Below, piece by piece: positions 1 through 12,000 of a stretch of 64,000 nt of DNA. The position numbers and the translations under genes are program-made. Positions within the stretch are counted from its first letter, which is position 1, and each line of letters opens with the position of its first letter. The notes under the pieces are model-generated. The model had not been told where the DNA came from. It worked only from the letters and a program-made list of their open reading frames with translations, and searched no databases. Source of the DNA: a virus (taxonomy: Duplodnaviria; Caudoviricetes); IMG/VR virus record IMGVR_UViG_3300031867_000020, positions 43,885 through 107,884 of that record. The stretch is one strand, 5' to 3'.

Positions 1-2
1 GT

Positions 3-3000
3 CTATTTGAACGAACAGTCGCAGTAGATAAAAAAGATGAAAATGGTAAGATTATCGGTTCAGAAGCGAAATCTATTATCAAAGGACCGTTATCTGATTA
101 TATGACAAATGAACAAAAGGCGGATTTATTTGATATTGAAAATGAAAATGAAGAAATACGAAAAGATGCAAAAGAGAGTCGAGATCAGTTTTTAGCGTCA
201 ATAGAAGCTGAAAAGAAAACGGCAGAAACGATTAAAAAGCATTTGCCAACATTGTTCAATGCTGATAAAACACAAGATGCGCAAGAGTGGGCTAATATCA
301 CAGGAGAAATTCAAGATCCATCTACAGTCTTAGAGCAATCCTTTGAAGCAAAGAAAGCAGAAATAACAAAAAGGATTCTTTCATGGAATAAATCAGTTGC
401 AGAAATGCAAAAAGATATAGATGATAATAATGCCACTCCTGCTTTAGTTCCTTTCTACAAAGAATTAATTAATGAATATAGCAATCGTGCCCAAAGAGAA
501 CAAAGTTATCTTGATAGCAAAGGATATAAAGAAAAAATAGTTAACGATGAAATGCAGCGTCTTGGTTTGTCTGGCGCAGAAAACGCGCAAGATAGAGCAG
601 CAAAATGGGCGGATGAACGACAAGCGGCGATCGATAAAGCGTTAGAAGTTAATTCTGAAGAATTCGCAAGGATTTCACGAGAGACAAGAAATCCATCCAA
701 CGAAAACGAACGTGAAGCAAGATTCGCCAAGCTGAGAGAAATTAATGAAAGGGCTCAAGGCTTATACAGACAAAGAGCGCAAAACAGAGAGCAGAGAACT
801 GCTTTTGAACAAACATGGCAAGAAGAACAGGATGATAGATTAACTAATTTTGATAATATGATTAACAGAAAGAGACTTTCTGATGAGGACAGAATTGAAA
901 CTAATGTAAAACAAGCAAGAAGACAAGCTCTGTATAATTCAATTGATCCTAAAAAGACAAAACAAGAAAGAGAAGAATGGTATAAAAGATATAAAGATGA
1001 AGACTACTGGAAGTCGTACAGGGGCAACCTTCAGCAAGAAACAAATAATGATAACCAACTTCGTGATCTTAGAAGAATAAATAGTGAAGAACAAAATCTT
1101 GCGGATATTCAGATGCGTGAGAAGCAAACGCAATGGGCGAGGGATGACTTCTATCGCAACCTGCAAAATCGAAATGGCCTTGGCTATACGATGTTTGGCC
1201 GCAACTATCTTACTTATCAAAACCGTAGGATTCAACTTGAGAGAGATAATACACGGAGAACAAGTCAAAATGAGAGCATTGATAGGCAAGTAAAAGATCT
1301 TGATCAACAAATCAAAAATGCAAAAGCGCAAGGTAAAACAGAAGACGCAAAAGACCTTGAAACCAAAAAAGCGAACCTTTTAGCTAACAAGCAATCCAAT
1401 CTGGATGAGATCAAGAGAACACAACAGGAACTGAATGGTTTAAGTGGCGCTGGGAATGCCGTCAATGCAACCTTTGATACAATAGGTCAAACGATCACAA
1501 GGTTCACACAACGCATAGGAAGACAAATGTTCCAAAAAGCTCTTCAGGAGACAAAACGGTTTATCAAAGAATTTGATTCTTCGATGAATGAAATTCAAGC
1601 TATTACGCTGAAGGGCGATCAGGCGATGGCGAGTGTTCGTAGCAATACGATCAACAAAGCCTTGAACCTCAGAACTTCTGTTTCCAATGTTGCATCTACA
1701 GAAGCCGCGCTTTACAGGCAGGGTTTAAGTGACTCAGAGGTTTCTCAAAGAACAGATGCGATCGTAAAGTTTGCAACTGTTGCAAAGCTGAAAACCACAG
1801 AAGCAACGAAGATCATCACAACAGCTCTTCAAAATAACCTCGTTACCTCTGCGGAGCAAGCGATGGACGCGCTTGTCGCTCTTGGCGACAGCGCTGCGAC
1901 TACCGCTGCGGAGATCGGCAAAGGTATGCAAAAGGCTGCCGCGTCCGCCAAGGTTGCCGGTGTGTCTTATGCTGAACTTACTTCTTTGTTAACCTTTGGT
2001 ACAAGCGATACGCAGCTGAGCGGTTCTCAGGTTGGTACAGCCTTACAGACTGTGTTTACACGTATGAGAAGGCTTACGGCTGACAACTGGGTTGCTGATC
2101 AGAACGGCGAAAAGACCACGGCAAACGACGCAGAAAAGGCTTTGAATACGATTGGTGTTTCTCTGTGGAGCGACAAAGCAAATGGTCAGATGCGTGGAGC
2201 TTATGATATTCTTATTGATATTGCCAAGGTATGGAATAGCATCAGCGATGCCCAGAAGAGCATTGTCACCAGCGCTTTGGCTGGAACACGTCAAACGAAC
2301 ATTTTCTCTACGCTTATGGAAGGTCTCGGAGAAGACGGCGGCAAGAGAGCTGAGGAATATCTCGGGCTCGCTGAAAGCAGTCAAGGCATTACTCAGACCA
2401 AGTATGAAATTGCCATGGAAAGCCTGAATGCTTCTCTCGAGACAGTGAAATCTTCGTGGGATGCTATTGTAGAAAGCTTTACAAACAGTGGTACTATCAC
2501 CGGTGTTCTTGATGGTGTCTCTGGCTTTATGCAGATGATAGCTAACTTGGCAAGCACAGGTCCTGGTCAGTTTACAACGGTGTTTGCCGCGATTGCCGGA
2601 GGCATCGCTGCTGTTGCTGCTGCTTCTGCTCTGTTGACGACAAGCAATCCTGTGTTAAAGACTTTGAGCACGTTGTTAACAGTTGTAGCTGGTGTTGGAA
2701 CGTTTGGTATATTAACATCCATTGCCGGGTTATTCGCAGGAGAAGATATAAACACACAAAAAGAAAAAAGCTTGACTAAAATGCATGAAGAAGCAGTAAA
2801 ACGAGAAGGCAAAAGAGCAGAAAGAACAAAAGCAATTAGCGATGTAGAAGAACTTGGTGCTGCTTATGATGAATTAGCAGAAGCAGAAAATAGTGCAGCT
2901 TTAAGTACAGCATCAAATAATTTAAAATCTGCTTTGCTTAATCTTGCTGATGTATTTCCTAATTTAACAGCACAAATTATGGATTCTACAAGTTCGCTTA

Positions 3001-6000
3001 AGGACTGGAGAGACATCGTAGATAAAGCGAAAAAAGAAAATGAAGATATAACAGCAGGTGAAATGGATGTCATAATAGCAAAATCCAGAGAACATAATGA
3101 TAAATTTGATGATTATATGGGTAATATTGAAGATCCGTCATCTATTGAATCAGATTCTGTACGAGCCTTATACACTATACTCCATGCAGCCAATGCGTCT
3201 GGACTGGTTTCAAATAAGGATGTTGAAGATGGAATTAGTGCATATGAATTATATACCTTAGGAAACAAAACAATGAATGGATATTTTAAAGATTACACAG
3301 ATAAGGTTGGAGGAATTAATTTTACAGATGATTTTAGTTCAGACAACGAAGCATATATCGATAAACCACAAACGGACTTTTTAAAAGAATTAATTGAATC
3401 AGACAATCCGCACATAAATCGAAGTTTAAGAAAATACTATGATGAAAATAAAAAAGCTTTTGGATGGGTTGATAATAATGGCGAAGAAATATATACCTAT
3501 GATGACTTTATTTCTGCATTAAAGGGAAACGAAACTGATAATGTTTATCATATGGCAAACGCAGCTGGTACAGCAAGAGGATGGATTTCTGAAGATGCTA
3601 CCAGTCATTATGGAAGCAATTTTTTAGCAGGTATGTCTTTAAATCCGATGAGAGCAGAAGTGATTCAGTCGATCTTTGATGGTTTTGACAACAATAGAAC
3701 TATATCTGTTGCAAAAGGCGTTTTAAAAGGTGGAGTTATTGATCAAGCGAAAGAATACTTAGATGCGTTCGAAACAAATGGATTAATGACACTTTTATCT
3801 GAAGCAACAGGTGGTGAGTATAGTGCTGATTTCATAAAAGAGGTAATGGAAAGACAAATCTATGATATCTTATTTGATGAAAACGGCGAAATGAAAAAAG
3901 GTGTAACAATAGAAAATGTTAACACTGGATTAAATAATTTCTTAGATGGATACATGACAGCAAAGGATAAAAGAAAATACTTGCAAGAATATATTGATCA
4001 GTATGCATCTCCTGATATGTATGAGTATTTTCTTCCTGATGAAAATGGAGGAATTGAATACAAAGGGTATACAACTATTGAAGCGGCAACAAAAGCTGCA
4101 AAAGAAAAAGGAATCGGTACGGAAAACATCATGGTATCCGACGGAAAGGGTTGGTATAGGGCTTATTACTCTACTCCTGAAGAAGTGATGACTGCAAGAG
4201 TTATGGCTGGAAAGTCGGGAGGTATAGGATATAACGAGAAAAGAGATTTCTTAAAAGATATGAATAAGTTTGATAATATTGGTGCTTTAAAAAAGGAATA
4301 TAGTGGTGATAAATCCGAAACCTTTGGTTCGCTTCTTTCAGGTGATGTCAGTACCGCTGCTTATTATATGGCGGAAAATGGTCTTATCAGCTATAATAAA
4401 TTTAAAGATATATATGGAAGGAATGTGAACGGACAAAACACGGACTTTGATCTGATAGAACCTTTCCTGAACGAGAATGGTACGATTAAAAATATAGATC
4501 TTCTGAGAACAGACGAGTTCAAAGGAGCAAGACAGGCTTTTGAAAATGTATTTGGCTCTACTACTTTCGCTGAAATGCTTGATAAAACGGATGAAATTAC
4601 TCGCGCCGAATTTGATAAAATTAAAGAAAAGGGTTTATGGACAGGTGATTTTGAGTCACTAATGACAGATTATATGCCTGAAAAAGATGATACTGTTTCG
4701 GTAGCTACACGTTTCTTACAAAAGGAGCTTCGGGAACTAATAGCAAATGCTGTTGGTGCTTATGAGTTTGATGAAGATCTTGCAAGAACCGTAAAGCAAG
4801 CACAGGCATCCAAAGAAATAGAGAGAAAGTTCCAGTTCGATGAAAACTATGATACGATCAAAAACTATGGTTTAGCTTTTGGATATGGAACAGAGACGCA
4901 GAAGAATGCATCGCGTGCTCAAGTCAGAAGCACAACGACAAACCTCGGCAATTTCAACGCAGCTGTTGACAGATATACAAATGGCAAGGCTCGCGATGAA
5001 GATTATCGTGTTATTGCCGGAGTAACAGGAATGTCTGAAAGCTATCTGAGAAATAATGCCAACAGCAAAACCACAAAAAATGTTGTAGGTGCAAGAAGAG
5101 ATCTTGACATTCAATCTCAAATCGATCTGTACGGAAAAGTCCGTGAAGCCTCTGGTATAAAAGAAAACTCTAAGCAAGACAAAGAGTTGCTGAATCTGTT
5201 TGGATTAGAAAGAGACAAAGATGGAATCATTCGTTTTGTCGCACAAGAAGACGTTGTCTCAAATAATGTTACACGACAAAACCAGATCAACAACTATGAT
5301 AGAGCTTCTCTTCGTGATGCGTTTGGATATGCTATCACAGACGAAGGTAAAATTTATGGCAGTGACAAATTGGTTCAAAGAGCACTTGCCGGCAACGAGG
5401 AAGCATACGGAAGACTTACTCAAGACGAGCTTTATCAGGCATATGCAAACGCGGGCATTGAAGGTAATGATTTCCGTAACATGATCGGACGCAGAGCGAA
5501 AGGTGTAACCGGAACTTATGCTCAAAACTGGTCTCCTGTTATGGCAAAATTGATGGGATCAAGCAATGTAGATGAATGGGATTGGAAAAAGATCAGAGAG
5601 AATTATCAAAATGGTACATCTGAAACCAAGGCAGCATACGAAGCTTTGTTTGGGGCGACTACCAACGGACAGCAGGCTCTTGATTATCTTACCGGTGCGA
5701 GCAATAATATGCCGTCGGCTTCTTTTGCCGCCGGAGTAAAAACTCAGATGTCCGGAGTTGAAGGTGTTAATTATTCCGAGCAGTTTACTTCTTCTGATAT
5801 TTCTCGTCTTTCTGGCCGACTGCTTACTGATGGCAGAAGCTGGAACGATCTTAAAGCGGCGAATCTATTTAGTGATGAAGAATGGGCCGCTATTGAACAA
5901 GGAAATGCTGATCTTGTTTCGTATCTGAAGCTTGAAGACAAAACAACTCCTTATGCCAAGAGGCTCAGAGAAAGTGCTCAGCTCAAGATGCTTGAAGGCA

Positions 6001-9000
6001 AAAGATATGATTCTTCCTCCGACGCGGCGGCGTATGCCAGAGCTTTATTTAACTATCAAAACAAGCCAGCTCTTGCTGCACAAACAGCATATGATAACAG
6101 GAAGAATTATTCTGATATCAGCGAATTTATTAAAGCGCAAGAAAGCTTAAATGGTTGGACTGATCTTGTTGCTACACAGGAATACCAGGACTGGTATAAA
6201 GAGTATGTCGAAGGCGGAAAGAGTTATGATGAAGCGATTGAAGCATTCTCCGACCTGACCATGTACAACAGAGGAGCAAACTACAAAACATCTGCCGAAA
6301 CAGCGGATATTGTGGAACGAGCTCTTCAATCTACAGATCGCCGTAATAATACTGCTGAATACAAAGCCATTCAGTCTGTTCTCGGCAACAAAGCTGCTGC
6401 AGACTGGCTAAATGGAGAAGATCTCACCAACAATGCGACATATCAAAATATGATCAATAATTATAGATATGGACTCTCTGGATATACTGGGGCTCAGATT
6501 AGGCAAGGTCAAAGAAATATTGCCAGAATGACTCAGGAACAACTCGGAAAAAGGTTGTTAAGTGAAGAGTATAGAACTGAAGCTTCTCAATACATGTCTG
6601 GTTTCAGCGAATGGAATGAATACGCAGCTTTGCTTCAAGCTAAGGCGAGTGGAGAAAAGTATGATGAAGCTGAATTAGATAGACTTCAAACCAAGTTTGA
6701 TCGGTTTAATGAGCAGGCTCAAATACAATTTGAGGTTGATGGTATTAGTGATCTTGAACAGGCTGGAGAAGTTGTCAGCGGTTTAAGTGATACCATTTCG
6801 AAGATCAAGCAGGGCGGAAATATTGCGATCAAAGCATCTGTTGAATTCGAGAACAATGAGCATCAAACGCTTCAATATGGAGCGATGTTGGACAGCGCGT
6901 CTCGATCTGATCAGTATACGGCTGTAAAAGCCTTAACTGGTTGGAGCGACGCCCGAATCCAAAGCGACTGGGCAGGAGCGATGTCTGCTGCCAGAGCTAT
7001 TCACGGTGTTAATGTGTCCCAGTACGGCAACTCTGACGAAGAAATCGTTGCTGAGTTAAATAGGAGATATGCGAAAAATCCTGAAGATGCACTGGAACTT
7101 GCAAATCTTTTAGGGTTTGAGCTTACAACTGATAACGAAGGAAATATATCTCATCTTTCATTTAAACGCATCGGAAACGGATCAATTGATCGTGAGAATC
7201 GTTTCCATGAAACAACCCGCCAATACACAGCGCAAGAAATTAACGACGCAAGAAGACGGATGTTAAATGGAGAGAACTTAAGCCAAGAAGATAATGACTT
7301 ATATAATGCAGCTTCGGATAACGCTGGAAAGTATTTAACGGCATATCTGAAGATGATGAACAATCCAAGCGCTTATACCGACCAGGAAATTGCAGAAGCA
7401 AGACGGCGTGCAGAACAAGAGCTTAATCTTGAAGGGAAAGATGCGCGCAGAAAACCGCTGGAGGATTATGCTCTCTACGAAGAGAACGAAGCCAAGGTTA
7501 AAATGGCAACAGACATATATGACGCATATAGCAACGTTGATCAGACAAAGCGTCGTTCCATGATGTCTACAATTAGCGGTGAATTCGAAGGGATTCAGAA
7601 TGCGCAATGGGCATTAAATCAAGGTGCGACAACAAGCACATCGAGGAACTACATTGCATCCGTTCTCGGTTTAAGTGAAAAAGATGTTCAGAAAGCTATG
7701 AGAACCGATGAAGGTAAAAAACAACTCCAGGAAGATTTGCAATCCAAGAGCAAAGACTTATTCAAATCTGTTCTTGATGGATATGGTAAGGCTTTTAAAA
7801 TTGAATTCGATACATCTGATACTGGGGTTGAGAATGCAGTTAGTCAAATTCTGGAGAATGCCAGCACGCTCGGAACAGAAGTGACGAATTATCTTCTGCA
7901 TCTTGCGGGACTTATGACGAGCGATGGTCTTCTTGGAGAAAATGATGACTACGATTTTGTAACAGCCATGATGAACGCTTCTGATAATTACGCTGAAACC
8001 AAAACTTCTGAACGTGGTTATTTATGGTTATCTGAACATCCAGAAGAAGCAAGAGAGCTTTTGTCCAATCCTACGATACTTCCTGAAGGATACACATATG
8101 TTGAAGGCAAGGGAATATATGATAGCACTGGCCTTCTTGGGTACGATACGAACAGTGATTTGTATCAAAGATATCAAGCGCAAAGACAAATTTCTCAAAG
8201 CTCCGGTGTTAACTGGACCAAATTCACAGAACAAGAACCTATAATAACAGCAGCTATCTTGAATCACGGTGAAGGCGGCGTTGGAGATGAGTTATACGAC
8301 GCAATAATGACAGCAGGCGTTACAGGAGTTAAAGGTTCTGATTATTATGGAGCTATTGGCTCGAATTATCTCGGTCGGTTTGCTGGCATTAATGGCGGTA
8401 TTACCGGTATTAATTCCATGGAAGACGCAGAAGAATTTATGGGGCTTGTTCAAAAATGGCAAACTGATGAAACCGGAAATGGTGCTATCTTTGATGAATG
8501 GTATAATAGCGTTGAGGGCATGTCTGATCTTATGGGCGCTATAGATAGCAAAAACTTTGATAAAGTGGGCGAGGCTATAGGTAAGATTAATGATCAAGTA
8601 AGCGACCGGAAAGCAGCCGAAATAACGAAATACGGAAATGCTTCGGATAAAGCACTTAAAAAGATCGGTGGATATTATAACAAGATGAACAGTCTTTCAT
8701 ACAAGAATGAAAAGCTCAATGGCATTATTGGTAAAGCCAGCGCTGGAAAAGGCGGAGCTTCTCTTTCTTCGAAAGAACTTGAAGTCCTAAGCGAAGCTAC
8801 AAACATGTCTACCGATGCTCTTAAAGCTACTGGAGCAAATGCGATAAAGTCTTTGGCTGAAGGCGCAAAAGATGCAATTGATACAGAGTGGGGACAAGAA
8901 ATTGCTGAACCTCTCATTAATAGCATTAATGAGGGTATACAACACCTGAATTTGAATGATAATGAAAAATTACAGCTTACGAGGGCTATTGATTTGTCTG

Positions 9001-12000
9001 TTGATGCAAATACAGGACAGGTAGATATTTCCGCTTTGGCTGATGCCGTTGCTACTTTTGATAGCAGTCTCGCAGAAACACTCCGTGCCTACGATGGACA
9101 CGGAGGAACGCTTATGGCTGAGTGGAAAGAAGGCCAGAGTTCTCTTGGATATATTTTAAAATACCTCGGATCCGGAACGGGCACTACCGGCGGTAAAGGC
9201 GGCGGAGGAGGCGGAGGTGGCGGAGGCAAGTCCGAAGTCGACAAACTTCTCGAAAAGCAAAAGCATGCCGTCACCGAGGCCGAGCATAACGTCAAGATGA
9301 CCCAGATCGAGGGCGAGCATTATCAGAAAACTGGTGACTACGCCGCTTATCTGAAGATGCTCGATCAAGAAATCGCCGCGCAGGAAAAGCTTGGGCAGGT
9401 ATATCAAAAGAATATTAAAGAAATGAAAGCGCAGAGAGATCAGGTTGCGTATGGTTCGGATGACTGGTATAAGCTGACGGAGTCCATCTTCTCTACAGAA
9501 GAAGCTTTGGCTCAACTGAAACTTACAATTAACGAGATCAATGGCAAGAGAATTGACGCGCTGATCAACAGACAGGAAGTAAGCCTCAGTCCGTATCAGC
9601 ACGCAGGAAAATTGATGTCCACAGCAGCCAACAAGGCGTTGACACTTAAAAACTATTCTGATTATTATTATCTTGGAAAAAGACAAAATACCAACGATCA
9701 GATGACGATCAATGCAAATAATAAGTCTATCGATCAACTGAAAGAAGAACTTAAAAAGGAAAAGTATATGAGTGAAAACTGGATTAAGGTTCGTCAGCAG
9801 ATCTGGTCTCTTCAAGAAGAGAATGCTGAGCTTGAGCTTAGCATTGTTGAACGAACCAATGAGATGAACCATCAGAGAGTTGCTCAGATCGCAGAAGAAC
9901 TTGAGCGGAATAGGCTCGCTGATCCTACGCATGGAATGAATATGGAAAATGCTGCGGCTCAGTATTATCAGAGGAACAGGCTTTATGATGAGTATCGTGG
10001 ATCGTTGACCACATCAAACACCTTTGCTCAGTCTCAGGTTTCGGAATACAGAAAGGCAATTGCTGCGCTGAAGGTTCGCATGAACGGCTTTGAGCCGGAT
10101 TCCGATGCCTGGTATGAAGCCAGAGATATGGTTTACAAGTACGAGGAAGCCATTGCTTCGCTTACTAATACTATTGATGAAAACAAACATGCGATTCAGG
10201 AGTCGTATATCACCGAACTGGATGAAGAATTCCAGAGAGGAGACAGCATTTACAGTCTTGAAAAGAGCATGCTTCAGGCAATGGAAACCAAGTATGATAA
10301 GGATAATGACTTTGTGAATTATCTGAATATTATTGGAATCGAAGCAAATCAGGCAAAGGATCGAATGAATGAACTTAGCGATCAGCTTGTTCAATGGGAA
10401 GATCTTCTTGCAAGCGGCCTGATTGATGAAGGATCTGCTGAATGGGATGAGCTTATTCAGAAGATCATGAGCGTTAGGGAAGAAATGATTAATGTTGGCG
10501 TTGAATATGATGACTTTGTCCGGAAACTTCAACAAAGTCGGTTTGCGCATGATAAGGAAGTGTTCGGACGTGAGGACGAATACAACCAGCATCGAATCAA
10601 ACTGATTCAGTATGAGGAGTCCAGGTATCAGAACCTTGGTGAACTGACCAACTATGGCACTATGCTTGAATATGATAACGTTGAACAGCAAAGACGCGCT
10701 GAATCCATCGCAAAGTATATCGAAGTTCTGAAGCAAGATCTTGCTGAGACGGAAGAAGGCACTGATGTCTATCATGAGATCACATCTGAAATCATGAAGA
10801 TGGAAGAGAACCTTGCGACCGTAAACAACACAATCGAAAAGAATAACAAACTGCTTGAGCAGAACAGGCTGAACATCCTGAAAGTGCATAAAGCGCTGGA
10901 CGATGTGATCAACACAGAGATCAAGCGCAGAGTACAAGAACAGCGAGACATGCTCAATGCTGAAGTAACGCTTCAGGATTCCATTGTGGATCAGATCAGA
11001 AAGCGGTATCAGGACGAATGGGCGCTTGTAAAGAAAGATATCGAAGAGAAGAAGAAGGCTCTGAGTGAAGAGAAGAATCTTCTCAACGAACGTCTCAATG
11101 CCAGAAAGAATGCTGTTGATCAGGAGTCCAAGTATGAGAAGCTGGCTGAGCTTCAGAAACAGCTTGCGCTGATTGAAACAGATCCGACAAAAACCAAAGA
11201 AGCCAAGTTGATCGGAAAGCAAATTAAGGATCTTCGACAGGAGATCTCGTTGAGTATCGCGGATCAGGAAGTGCTTGCGGAATCCGAACGTATTGATCAG
11301 CAAACGCAGGCTCTGACAGATTATGCGACAGATTATGAAACCAAACTCAATGAAGCTCTTGCGGATGCTAATAACAAACTGATCGCTGATGAGCTTGATC
11401 AGGTGATGAGCGGTAATTTTGAAAGCTATATTGAATGGATGAAGACTTACAACAAAGCTTATCAGAATGCCACAGAGGAAGCAAGAAAACAGATGGAGCT
11501 TGGATGGAGAGACACCTGGAACAAGATGATCGCTTATATCGATACTTATTGGGACGAGGTCGAGGCTATTCATAATATGACCGAAGACGAGTATGTGAAC
11601 TGGCTGAAACAGGGAACCAATTATAAGTTTGCTTCTGATACAGAAAAGCAGATCATGGAGTACGAGTGGCGCGAACGGTATCAGAATGAGATCGCCGCGC
11701 ACAGAACAGGTGCGAGCTTCGAAGATTATCACAGCATCACAGAAAAGCTGAATGAACTTCAGGACTATACATACAGTGTAGACTTCTCTGAAGCAACAAT
11801 GAGCTTTATTAATGGCCTGTTTGATTACACACTGTTTAATCATCCGCATGGATCCTATTGGGATACCGGCGTAAGTGACGAAGTGTTAGGTGCGGATTAC
11901 TATGGGAGAATGAGCGACCTGCATAAGACAGAAACAAAACCGACAAACACTGGCGGCAGTAGTTCTACAACTCCTACTTCCGGTGGCGGTTCTGGTTCGA

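Noticed and set aside
10014-11849. 611-aa antisense ORF opposite the TMP (also 9156-9932)
   Set aside because: It is codon-aligned with the sense gene and its Leu/Ile/Phe-rich translation is the mirror of a Glu/Lys/Asp-rich protein. Avoidance of TTA/CTA/TCA codons explains it.
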